The notes under the pieces were generated by a model, which worked only from the letters and a program-made list of their open reading frames with translations, searched no databases and had not been told where the DNA came from. From the NCBI GenBank assembly GCA_963713655.1, contig CAVQMT010000046.1, forward strand, positions 1,946 through 65,945: 64,000 nt of DNA. Direction: 5' to 3'. A program made the translations under genes and the position numbers. The DNA comes from an uncultured Acidobacteriota bacterium. GTDB lineage: Bacteria > Acidobacteriota > Vicinamibacteria > Vicinamibacterales > UBA2999. Positions 40,431-49,633 of this stretch are shown here, piece after piece; the first letter of the stretch is position 1; each line of letters starts with the position of its first letter.

Positions 40431-40465
40431 GCTCCAGGCTCCGGGCTCCAGGCTCCAAGCAAGAA
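40431..40465. repeat. heptamer tandem repeat, 4-5 x GCTCC(A/G)(G/A)
   Basis: gctccag gctccgg gctccag gctccaa gcaagaa. The array begins 6 nt upstream of the ndh GTG. On the ndh strand the units read CTGGAGC, so each contains GGAG. Confidence 0.95.
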
Positions 40466-40494
40466 CATATCGTAATTTAAAGTGGAGGCAGCTG

Positions 40495-42527
40495 ATGAAG
40501 CAGAGCCCTTTCGGATCCTCGTCTCACGTCGTCTCGACGGTGTGCCCGCTCGACTGCCCCGACTGCTGCAGCCTGGACGTCACCGTGCAGGACGGCAAGG
40601 TGACGGAGATCGACGGATCGCACGCGAACCCGGTGACGGGCGGCTATATCTGCGCCAAGGTCCGCCGCTACCCCGAGCGCGTCTACGGCGAGGATCGCCT
40701 GCTCTACCCGGCGGTGCGGAAAGGGCCGAAGGGGCATGCGCGGTTCGAGCGCGTGTCGTGGGACCATGCCCTCGACCTCATCGCCACCCGGATCCACGAA
40801 GCCAAGGGCCGGTGGGGCGGCGAAGCGATCCTCCCCTACTCCTACGGCGGCTCGAACGGCCTGCTGACGCAGGACACGAGCGACGCCACGCTGTTCCGCC
40901 GGCTCGGCACGTCGCGCCTGGCGCGCACCGTGTGCGCGGCGGCCACCGGCGCGGCCAACCAGGCGCTCTACGGCAAGATGCCGTCGATCACCTACCAGGA
41001 CTTCCCCGAGGCGAAGTTCATCCTGCTCTGGGGCGTGAACCCATCGTCGTCCGGCATCCACATCATTCCCTACATCCGCGAGGCCCAGAAACGCGGCGCG
41101 GTGCTGGTGGTGGTCGATCCGGTGCTGACGCCGCTGGCCAAGCGGGCCGACGTCCACCTGGCGGTCAAGCCGGGCACCGACCTGCCCGTGGCGCTGGCGA
41201 TCCACCGGTATCTCTTCGAGCACGGCTACGCGGACCAGGGGTTCCTGGACGCCCACACGCACGGCGCCGCGCGCCTGCGGGAGAAGGCGCAGGCGTGGAC
41301 CTTCGACCGCGCCGCCGCGGAAGCCGGCATCGACGCCGGGGCGCTCGAGCGTGTGGCCGCAGCTCTACGCCACGACCTCACCCGCGCTCGTGAAGTGCGG
41401 CTGGGGCCAGGAGCGCAACCGCAACGGCGGCAGCTCGTCGATGGCCATCCTGGCGCTGCCGGCGGTGGCCGGCAAGTTCGGCGTCCGCGGCGGCGGCTTC
41501 GCCATGAGCAACACCAACGCGTGGCAGATCGAACGCACGTGGATCCGCGCCCAGGAGCCGGCGACGCGGCTGGTGAACATGAACCATCTGGGGCGCGCGC
41601 TCACCGAGTACCGTGACCCGCCGGTGCAGCTGCTGTTCGTCTACAACTCGAACGCCGCCGTCACGACGCCCAACCAGATGCAGGTGCTGAAGGGCCTGGA
41701 ACGCGAAGATCTCTTCACGGTGGTGTTCGATCAGACGATGACCGACACCGCGCAGTACGCCGACGTGCTGCTGCCGGCGACGACGTTCCTCGAAAGCTAC
41801 GATCTCCCGCGCGGCTACGGCTCGATCAGCTTGCGGCTCGGCCAGCCGGTGATCGAGCCGGTGGGCGAAGCCCGCAGCAACGCGGATGTGTTCGGCGAGC
41901 TGCTGCGGCGGCTGGATCTCAGTCAGGACGGCGACCCGCAGGGCGAGCTGGAAGAGGTGCTGGACGTCTTGTCGCAGGTGCCGGATCCGCGCGGGGGCCG
42001 AACTGCGCGAGCACGGCGTGGCCACCCCGCCGTACGGCGGGCGGCCGATCCAGTTCGTGGACGTGTTTCCGTGGACGGCAGACGGGAAGGTGCATCTCTT
42101 CCCGGCCCACCTCGACGCCGATGCGCCGGCAGGGTTGTACGGCTATCAGCCCGATCCCGCCACCGACGACTTCCCGCTGGCGCTCATCTCGCCGTCGAGC
42201 GATCGGACCATCACCTCCACCCTGTCCGAGCTGCCCCGGCCTGAGGTGCGGCTGCTGATCCATCCCGACGACGCCGGCCCGCGCAACATCGACGACGGCG
42301 ACGACGTGCGCATCTTCAATCAGCTCGGTGAGGTCCGGTGCCGCGCGCAGGTCGGGACCTGGATCCGACCGGGCACGGTGCTGCTGCCCAAGGGCCTCTG
42401 GCGCAAGCACACCAGGAACGGCTACACGGCCACGGCGCTCGCGCCCGATACGCTGACCGACCTCGGCGGCAGCGCCTGCTTCAACGACGCGCGGGTGCAG
42501 GTCGAGATGGTGCGCACGCTACACTAG
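40495..42527 (+). CDS. molybdopterin-dependent oxidoreductase (MopB superfamily), two frame breaks
   Basis: SD GGAGG precedes ATG 40495. The N-terminal Cys cluster is CPLDCPDCCSLDV...YICAKV. Pieces lie in ORFs 40318..41616, 41351..42244 and 41886..42527. Shifts are at about 41355 and about 41995. Confidence 0.8.
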
Positions 42528-42533
42528 TCCCTG

Positions 42534-44172
42534 ATGTCCGAGCACCGCAGGGTACGAAGGACGGCGGCGCACGCGCTGGTGGCGGCCGCCCTGCTGGCTT
42601 TTGCAACCGCGTCGTGCGCGCCCTCAGGCCCGCAGGACGCCAATCCCAACATCCCGCGCACCTCGAGCGGCCGCCCCAATCTGCAGGGGATCTGGCAGGT
42701 GCGCAACTCGGCGGCGGCGGATCTCCTGGATCACGCCGCGCGGCACGAGATGCGCGCCGGCCGCAGCGTCGTGGAGGGGAACGAGATTCCCTATCAGCCG
42801 TGGGCCGCGGCGAAGAAGATCGAGAACGCGGCCAACCGCGCCGCCGCCGATCCGCTGTCCAAGTGCTACATGCCGGGTGTGCCCCGGATCATGTACATGC
42901 CGCACCCGTTCCACGTCTTCCAGACCGACGACCACGTCGGCATCACCTTCGAGTGGTCCCAGGTGTTCCGGCTGATCTACACCAACGGCTCGAAGCCCCA
43001 CGACGGCATCGAGTTCTGGATGGGCGACTCGCGCGGACGATGGGAAGGCGACACGCTGGTCGTCGACGTGACCAACCACAACGACAAGACCTGGTTCGAC
43101 ATGGCCGGCAATTTCCACAGCGAGGCGCTGCACCTGGTGGAGCGCTTCACGATGACCGGCCCGGACACCATCCAGTACGAGGTCACCGTCGAGGACCCGA
43201 AGGTCTTCACCCGCCCGTGGAAGATCTCGATGCCGCTCCACCGGCACGCGAACATGGACCGGGTGCTGGAGTATCACTGCAACGCGGAAGCCGAGGAGGC
43301 GCGGGGCGACTTCGAGCGCGACCCGCGAACCTGGTACCCGGGCCCGTCGGCGCAGACTCCGCCGGCAACCCCGTCGCCGGACGAAGGGGCACCGGCCGGT
43401 CAGGCGAACCGGTCAGGCGCCCGCCGTTCAAGGCCCCGCCAGCCAGGCGGCCAATGGGTCGATTCGGCGCCTGCCCGACGGTAAACCGGACCTCTCTGGG
43501 CACTATCTACCCGACGGGGGCGGCGCGAACTACGGGCTCGAAACCCATCCTCAGGACTTCCTGACGCCCGGCGGCCGCGGCGTGATCGTGGACCCACCCG
43601 ATGGCCAGCTGCCGATGCTTCCCTGGGCCGAAGCGGAGCAGAAGAACCGCATGCTCCCCGAACGCGGCTACGACGACCCGACCGCGCACTGCTTCGTCGC
43701 CGGCGTGCCGCGGTCCATGTACACGCCGTCGCCGCTGCACATCCTCCAGCCTCCCGGCTACGTGGTGATCCTGTTGGAGCGCATGTCGTGGCGCGTCGTC
43801 CCGCTCGACGGGCGCCCGCACATCCCTGACAGCATCCGGCTGTGGCAGGGCGACTCGCTGGGGCGCTGGGAAGGCGACACCCTGGTCATCGAGACCAGGA
43901 ACCTGAACGGCAAGACGTGGTTGAACGAGGTCGGCGAAATCGTGAGCCATGCGGAAACCGTCGTCGAACGGTTGACGCCGGTGGACGCCGACACGATCAA
44001 CTACGAGGCGACCGTCACCGACCCCGTGGTCTACTCGCGGCCGTGGACGATCGCGCTGCCGATGAAGCGCCAGGCCGACGATCTGCTGGAAGTGGCGTGC
44101 CACGAGGACAACCAGGACCTGCAGCACTTGAAGGACGTGCGCGACGAAGCCCGCCGGAGGACGAGACGATGA
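42534..44172 (+). CDS. two-domain (internally duplicated) paralogue of 10229..11126, lipoprotein, one frame break in linker
   Basis: Lipobox LAFATASC. Domain 1 has KCYMPGVPR, GRWEGDTLVVDV, HSEALHLVERF and EDPKVFTRPW. The linker is PAGQA/TGQAPAVQGPASQAANGS. Domain 2 has HCFVAGVPR, GRWEGDTLVIET, SHAETVVERL and TDPVVYSRPW. The frames join if one a at 43407-43408 is removed. Confidence 0.6.
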
Positions 44173-44579
44173 AGAGGCAGATGAGGGTGGCCGCCGTTGC
44201 GGCCGTAGCGGTGCTGGCCGCGGGAACCGCGGCGGCGCATCACTCGTTCTCAGCCGAGTACGACGACAAGAAGCCGCTGAAAGTCACCGGAACGGTGACG
44301 ACGATGAAGTGGTCCAACCCGCACGCGTGGATTTACGTGGACGTCAAGGACAAGAGCGGCAAGGTGGTGAACTGGGCCTTCGAGACCGGGGGCGCCAACG
44401 CGCTCTACCGGCGCGGCTGGCGGAAGCAGGACCTCGTGCCCGGGACGGTCGTCACGATCGACGCCTTTCAGGCGCGCAACGGGACGCCCACGGCCAACGC
44501 GCAGAGCATCCTCATGCCAGACGGCACGCGCCTATTCGCCGGCTCCTCTTCGCCTACCGGGGGTACCGGGGCGAAGTAG
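44169..44579 (+). CDS. DUF6152-like small periplasmic protein (second copy)
   Basis: SD GGAGG is present, and the ATG overlaps the upstream stop. The sequence reads ...AAGTAAAHHSFSAEYDDKKPLKVTGTVTTMKWSNPHAWIYVDV... Confidence 0.65.
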   Translation: MKRQMRVAAVAAVAVLAAGTAAAHHSFSAEYDDKKPLKVTGTVTTMKWSNPHAWIYVDVKDKSGKVVNWAFETGGANALYRRGWRKQDLVPGTVVTIDAFQARNGTPTANAQSILMPDGTRLFAGSSSPTGGTGAK

Positions 44580-44691
44580 GAGCTGCGCCAGCGTCTCGAC
44601 CGCCGCGCCGACGGCTGATGCGTGTCGGCACGGCGGCCAGCGCGCAATGCGCGCCAAAAGGCAACATGACGAGCCAGGGCAATGCCCGTGG

Positions 44692-44934
44692 CTAGTTCAT
44701 CCCCGACTCAGCGCCAGCGCTCGGCTGGGGCGCCGCCGGGATGTGCACGAGACGGCCGCGGCCGCCGCGACTTACCTGCCCACCCTTGCGACCGGCGGCC
44801 CTGGCCTCTTCCGAGGTCCACTGGTGCGCGGTTCCTTTGAGGTGAGCGGCACGACCGCCCTTGCTGGCGATCTCGCGCTGCTTGTCCGACGTCATCGAGG
44901 CAAATCCTCGAGTGCTTTTGCGAAAATCGCTCAC
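44692..44934 (-). CDS. KGG-repeat general stress protein
   Basis: SD GGGAGGAAG precedes GTG 44934. The sequence reads RGFASMTSDKQREIASKGGRAAH...SEEARAAGRKGG. Confidence 0.7.
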   Translation of the reverse strand: MSDFRKSTRGFASMTSDKQREIASKGGRAAHLKGTAHQWTSEEARAAGRKGGQVSRGGRGRLVHIPAAPQPSAGAESGMN

Positions 44935-45180
44935 GGTATCTTCCTCCCTGTTTGCGCTCGGTATCCAATTACCGTCGCCATCCACTGACCAACCATGGGG
45001 GGTGCCCTCCAGTCTTCAAGCGGTGTGCCATAACGGATCAGTCAAGCTCAGCGCTCGAAAACCTAGCTGCTCGCGAACCGTCGATGCCTCAGCCAGTAGA
45101 AAGCACACGGCTGGCTGAAGTGGAACCGGACACAGTCACTCCAAGCTCATCCGTGTTGGCGGCCTAATGTTGGAGGTAAC

Positions 45181-45510
45181 ATGACCTTTATGAGCAATTG
45201 CGAGCCCTCTCCCGATCCGCCACTGAAGAATGCCAGCGGCCGCACGGTGAAGTGCGTCAAGTTCCAGAAAGATCTTCCGGGGCTCGATTCACAGCCCTGG
45301 CCTGGGCCCTTGGGCGAGCGTGTGTTCGAGAACGTCTCAGCGCAGGCCTGGAAACTCTGGGAGGAGCGTCAGAAGATGATCCTCAACGAGTACCGGCTGA
45401 TGCCGTGGCAAAAGGAAGCCCAGGACCTCATCGCCACTCAGATGGAAGACTTCTTCTTCGGCGAGGGCGCTGCGCTGCCGCCAGGCTACGTCCCGCAGCA
45501 GGCGAAGTAG
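45181..45510 (+). CDS. yggX: Fe(2+)-trafficking / oxidative-damage protection protein
   Basis: SD GGAGG precedes the ATG. CVKFQKDLPGLDSQPWPGPLGERVFENVSAQAWKLWEERQKMILNEYRL aligns with the YggX pattern. Confidence 0.75.
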   Translation: MTFMSNCEPSPDPPLKNASGRTVKCVKFQKDLPGLDSQPWPGPLGERVFENVSAQAWKLWEERQKMILNEYRLMPWQKEAQDLIATQMEDFFFGEGAALPPGYVPQQAK

Positions 45511-46816
45511 AGAAGGCTCCGGGCCGGGCTCCGGGCTCCAGGACGGCTAGACGACGCGGAACTTCCTTGTCGATGCGGAACTGCAGGCGCTCGTGGGCGG
45601 CGCGCAGCGCCGCGATGACCTCTGAGGGTTCGCCGGCACGGGCGAAGATGAAGCCAAGGTAGCTGCGGCCCTCGGGCAGCGGCACCAGGAGCGCATCGGT
45701 CTTCGCGGTAATGCGGACGTCGAGCACGCCCGGAACGGCCCGTGCATCTTCGACCCCTCCGACCTCGCGGAACACACCTCGCCGCGGGATGGGAATCATC
45801 ATCACGCCCGCCGCGGGCGCTTCGCGCACGACACTGCCGACGTCTTGCCCCAGCGCATGCCGGAGCAGCACCTCCTCCAGCGAGGCTTCGGCCTCGGATG
45901 CCGTCGTGAACCGCAGAGCACGCGCACAGAGCCCGCCAATCGGCCGCGGCGCCACTTCCAGTACGTAGACCCCCTGTTCGTTGACCCGGCACTCGGCGTG
46001 GATGGGGCCGTGGTCAAGCCCCAGGCCCTGCGCGGCCGTGGCGATCGCCGCGGTGATGGCCGCCTGTACCTCCAGCGGCTCACTGGAGGGCGTGACGTAG
46101 ATGGTTTCCTCGAAGAACGGGCCGTCCAGCGGATCCGGCTTGTCGAATATGGCGAACGTCTGCAGCCGGCCGTCCACCAGAACGCCCTCGACGGCTTTCT
46201 CGCGACCAGGGATGAACGACTCGATCAGGATGTAGCCGTGCGCCGGATCGCGCTCCTCGCCGACGTCCGGCGCGAGCAGCAGGCGGCGGACGCGCTCCAC
46301 GGCCGCAGCGCAGCCGGCCGCATCGTCCACGCGGATCACGCCGCGGCTGCCCGAGAGCGCGAGCGGCTTCACCACCGCGGGATAGGCGACGTGTGCCGAG
46401 GCCGGGGCGGGGCTGGCATCCGGAAGCACCAGGCTGAAGCGCGGCACCGGGAGGCCCACCGCCTGCAGGGCGCGACGCGTCAGCAGCTTGTTGCGGCTGC
46501 GCTCCGCCGCCTCGGCGCTGTTGCCCGGCAGGCCCAACGCCGAGGCGACGGCGGCGGCGAAGACGGCCGGCCGGTCGCCGACGGCCACGACACCCTGGAC
46601 GGGGCGATCCGCCAGCGCGGATTGCACCGCCCGCACCGACGCCTCTCGGTCGTGGAAGCGGACGGCGATCGCGCCGTCGCGCCACGGGTCATCGAGGTGA
46701 TCGCAGCGATCGCTCGCCACCACGAGCTCGATGCCCAGCTTGACGGCGGCCTCGCCGAACGAGCGAATCTGGTATCCGGTGGTCGTCGCCACCAACAGGA
46801 TGCGGGTCACGGCCAC
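45428..46816 (-). CDS. ATP-grasp domain protein (carboxylate-amine ligase-like); 3' end uncertain
   Basis: The GTG start is 13 nt after the rSAM stop. It has the pre-ATP-grasp motif RILLVATTTGYQIRSF, plus YPAVVKPLALSGSRGVIRV, ILIESFIPGRE and GPIHAECRV..VYVLEVAPRPIGG. The last roughly 40 codons read through the heptamer repeats and overlap yggX. The true stop is therefore probably earlier, hidden by an indel. Confidence 0.75.
   Translation of the reverse strand: MAVTRILLVATTTGYQIRSFGEAAVKLGIELVVASDRCDHLDDPWRDGAIAVRFHDREASVRAVQSALADRPVQGVVAVGDRPAVFAAAVASALGLPGNSAEAAERSRNKLLTRRALQAVGLPVPRFSLVLPDASPAPASAHVAYPAVVKPLALSGSRGVIRVDDAAGCAAAVERVRRLLLAPDVGEERDPAHGYILIESFIPGREKAVEGVLVDGRLQTFAIFDKPDPLDGPFFEETIYVTPSSEPLEVQAAITAAIATAAQGLGLDHGPIHAECRVNEQGVYVLEVAPRPIGGLCARALRFTTASEAEASLEEVLLRHALGQDVGSVVREAPAAGVMMIPIPRRGVFREVGGVEDARAVPGVLDVRITAKTDALLVPLPEGRSYLGFIFARAGEPSEVIAALRAAHERLQFRIDKEVPRRLAVLEPGARPGAFSTSPAAGRSLAAAQRPRRRRSLPSEWR
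45515..45547. repeat. heptamer-type repeats GGCTCC(G/A), about 4-5 units
   Basis: ggctccg ggccg ggctccg ggctcca ggacggc. They directly follow the yggX stop. Confidence 0.85.
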
Positions 46817-46828
46817 CTGCCGCCAGGG

Positions 46829-48186
46829 TCACAGAATGTCGAGCTGCTCGGGACCCGGTTCGGCGCAGCAGTACCACCCCTCTGTCAGATAGGGTGGCAT
46901 CATCCGCGCCGCCGGACGTGACCGGGACAGCCGGGGCCCCGGCCAGCGCCGCGATGGCCTCGAACACCAATGCGCGCGGCTCCCCCGCTTTCGCGGAGAC
47001 GAGCGCCATGACCTGACGCTGCAGTTCGTCCACTCGTACGTCGGCGTGTTGCCAGGGCCAGGTCAGTGAAGTCGGATCGAACGGCGCCAGCGACCGCGTG
47101 ATCTCCGGCAGTTCCAGCAGCGCGGACTCGGCGGTCACCAGCAGCCGGATGCCGAGCTGGATCGGCGCCACCGCTTCCACCAGATCCAGGCGCCGGATCG
47201 TCGCCAGCAGGTCGGCGTAGCCGTCCAGCGTCGTCCACGGCGTGAAGGGCACGAAGGTGGGCGAGAGCGCCAGGCCCGCGGCCCGGCACAGATCGACGGC
47301 GCGCTCGAAGTCCGCCCGCGTGTGGCCCTTGCGCAGGCGTTCGAGCACGGCATCGTCCACCGATTCCACGGCGCTGGTGATGAACAGACACCCCGTGGCG
47401 GCGAGCACGGGCAACAGCTCCGCGTGCACCAGGATGTGCTCGATCTTGATCGTGGCGTCGTAGCTGACACCCGGGTGCGCCGCCGCCAGCCGCTCGACCA
47501 GGCGGCGCGCGTGCGTGGGTCCGTTGAAGAAGTCGGGATCGCCGAAGGTGATGTGCTGGGCCCCGGCCTCTACCTGCGCGCGCACGTCGTCGAGCACGAC
47601 GTCGAGGGGAATGGCCTCGAAACGGCCGCGATACACCGGCACCACCGGGCAGTGCCGGCACAAGTGCTTGCAGCCGTGCGTGGCGTCGGTGTTGCCGACC
47701 ACGCGCCGCGAGCCGTCGGGCATCTGCAGGCTGGCGTACCGCGCCAGCGGCAGCAGGCCCGATCGGTCGGGCGTCACTGCAGGGCGGCGGGCCACCACGC
47801 GAGCCGGGCGCGTAGTCGCCGACCACCTCACCCGCCGCCAGCGCGGCAAGATCCGCGCTCGCCTCGGGGCCGAGCACGTAATGGACGCCCTGCTGGTGCA
47901 GCCAGTCGCGGTTCAGCGGCGCGTAGAGTCCGTAGGCGGCCAGCATGGCCTGGGGACGCGCGCGCCGGACGCGTGCGATGAGCGGCGCAGCCAGCCGGGT
48001 CGCCGTGTGCATCGGCAGGTACAGGCCCACCAGGTCCACGTCGTCGAGCCACGCGTCGTCGAACGGCTCGCGCGAGGTGTCGGCGCAGCGGACCTCGACG
48101 CCGGCGCCCCGGAGCGCCGACGCCGGCGCAGCTAGCCCACGAGGTTGGCGGCCGAGATCGTAGGTGGAGACCAGAAGGGCACGCAC
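46829..48186 (-). CDS. B12-binding-like/radical SAM protein with C-terminal CCAEP tail, two frame breaks
   Basis: GTG 48186 gives VRALLVSTYDLGRQP..., in the frame of ORF 46900..48348. After a shift at about 47830 the CX3CX2C cluster THGCKHLCRHCP appears in ORF 46689..47849. After a third frame change near 46900 the tail reads ...PPYLTEGWYCCAEPGPEQLDIL*. CCAEP spans 46856-46870, with the two Cys codons TGC TGC at 46865-46870. The stop is at 46829-46831. Confidence 0.75.
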
Positions 48187-48244
48187 GAACTCATTGTTCC
48201 ACGATATCCTTCGAGCCAGCCTGCGCCGCTCCTGGGAGACGTCT

Positions 48245-49630
48245 GTGAACCCACCGCTCACCACCACCACTGCCGGCGTCGCGCCGTCCACCGCGCACGA
48301 CCGGAGCTTCTTCGGCCACCCGCGGGGGCTGTCGACGCTGTTCTTCACCGAGATGTGGGAGCGGTTCAGCTACTACGGGATGCGGGCATTCCTCATCCTC
48401 TACATGACGGCGCCTGCCGCCGCCGGCGGCCTGGCCATGACGGATTCGGTGGCCACGTCGATCTACGGCACCTACACGGGATCGGCGTGGGGCGCGTCGA
48501 TTGTCGGCGGGATCATCGGCGACCGGTGGCTCGGGCAGTACCGCAGCGTGCTCCTCGGCGGGGTGGTCATCATGCTGGGCCACTTCGTGCTGGCGTTCCC
48601 CCCGCTGCCGTTTTTCTATGCCGGCCTCGCCCTGATCGTCATCGGCACCGGGCTGCTCAAGCCGAGCGTCAGCACGCTCGTCGGCTCGCTCTATCCCCAG
48701 GGCGACCACCGGCGCGATGCTGGGTTCTCGCTTTTCTACATGGGCATCAACGTCGGGGCGCTGCTCGGCCCGCTGGTCGCTGGCTATCTGGCGCAGCGCG
48801 TGGACTGGCACATCGGGTTCGCGTCGGCCGGCGTCGGCATGCTGCTCGGCGTCACGCAGCTCGTGCTCGGACGGCGGTACCTGCGGGCGGGCGTGGAACG
48901 GCTGGCGGAGCGCACTGCACCGGCCAGCAACCCGGCCGGCGTTGAACGTCCGCCCGCGGCATCTGGCGGCACCCTCGGATTCGGCAAGGACGAGTGGAAG
49001 CGGATCGCCGCGATCGCCCTGTTCTTCCTGTTCGGCATCCTGTTCTTCGCCGGCTACGAGCAGGCGGGCTCGACTTTGAATCTCTTCGCCGAACGCTACA
49101 CGCGGCTCGAGGTGTTCGGCTTCCCGTTCCCGTCGTCCTGGCTCCAGTCGGTCCAACCGATCTTCGTCATCCTGCTCGCGCCGATCTTCGCCTGGACCTG
49201 GACCAGGCTCGGAGCGAACGAGCCGTCGATCAGCGGGAAGTTCGCGCTCGGCTTGTTCTTCATGGGGTTGTCGATTCTCGTCATGGTGCCGGCCGCCGGG
49301 GCGGCGCAGGTTGCCGAGGGCGTGCGGGTGAGCCCCTGGTGGCTGGTCGTCTCCTACGCGATCTCGGAATTCGGCGAGATTTGCCTCTACCCCGTGGGCA
49401 TGAGCGCGGTGACGAAGCTGGCGCCACCCCGCATCGTCGGGCTGATGATGGGCGTCTGGTTCCTGTCCATTTCGTTCGGCAACAAGCTCGCCGGCTGGAC
49501 GGCAGGCTTCATCGAGTCGATGCCGCTCGCGACCTTGTTCGCGATCATGACCGGCGTGCTCGTCGGGGCGGCCGTCATCGTGGCCCTCCTAATCAAGCCG
49601 GTCTCGCGCCTGACCGGAGAGGCGCGATGA
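48245..49630 (+). CDS. POT/PTR2-family peptide:proton symporter
   Basis: SD GGGAGA precedes GTG 48245. It carries FTEMWERFSYYGMRA (ExxERFxYYG) and is polytopic. The gene is intact. Confidence 0.85.
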   Translation: MNPPLTTTTAGVAPSTAHDRSFFGHPRGLSTLFFTEMWERFSYYGMRAFLILYMTAPAAAGGLAMTDSVATSIYGTYTGSAWGASIVGGIIGDRWLGQYRSVLLGGVVIMLGHFVLAFPPLPFFYAGLALIVIGTGLLKPSVSTLVGSLYPQGDHRRDAGFSLFYMGINVGALLGPLVAGYLAQRVDWHIGFASAGVGMLLGVTQLVLGRRYLRAGVERLAERTAPASNPAGVERPPAASGGTLGFGKDEWKRIAAIALFFLFGILFFAGYEQAGSTLNLFAERYTRLEVFGFPFPSSWLQSVQPIFVILLAPIFAWTWTRLGANEPSISGKFALGLFFMGLSILVMVPAAGAAQVAEGVRVSPWWLVVSYAISEFGEICLYPVGMSAVTKLAPPRIVGLMMGVWFLSISFGNKLAGWTAGFIESMPLATLFAIMTGVLVGAAVIVALLIKPVSRLTGEAR

Positions 49631-49633
49631 ACC

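Noticed and set aside
43396-43419. An 11-nt direct repeat (ccggtcaggcg) at a 13-nt period. I first read it as a 13-bp slipped-strand duplication causing the frameshift between the two halves of 42534..44172.
   Set aside because: Only 11 of 13 positions match. In the proper frames the two copies simply encode a repeated GQA linker motif. A single-base indel in the aa at 43407-43408 explains the frame change more simply.
44620-44665. The palindromes gccgac...gtcggc and gcgcgca-a-tgcgcgc, considered as terminators between the DUF6152-like gene and the KGG stress gene.
   Set aside because: The loops are too short. The flanking runs are A-rich on the + strand and precede the stem on the - strand. 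The geometry does not fit an intrinsic terminator for either gene.
46856-46870. Selenocysteine recoding (the CUAEP form) in the rSAM tail.
   Set aside because: The two codons are TGC TGC (Cys-Cys). There is no in-frame TGA and I did not look further for a SECIS.
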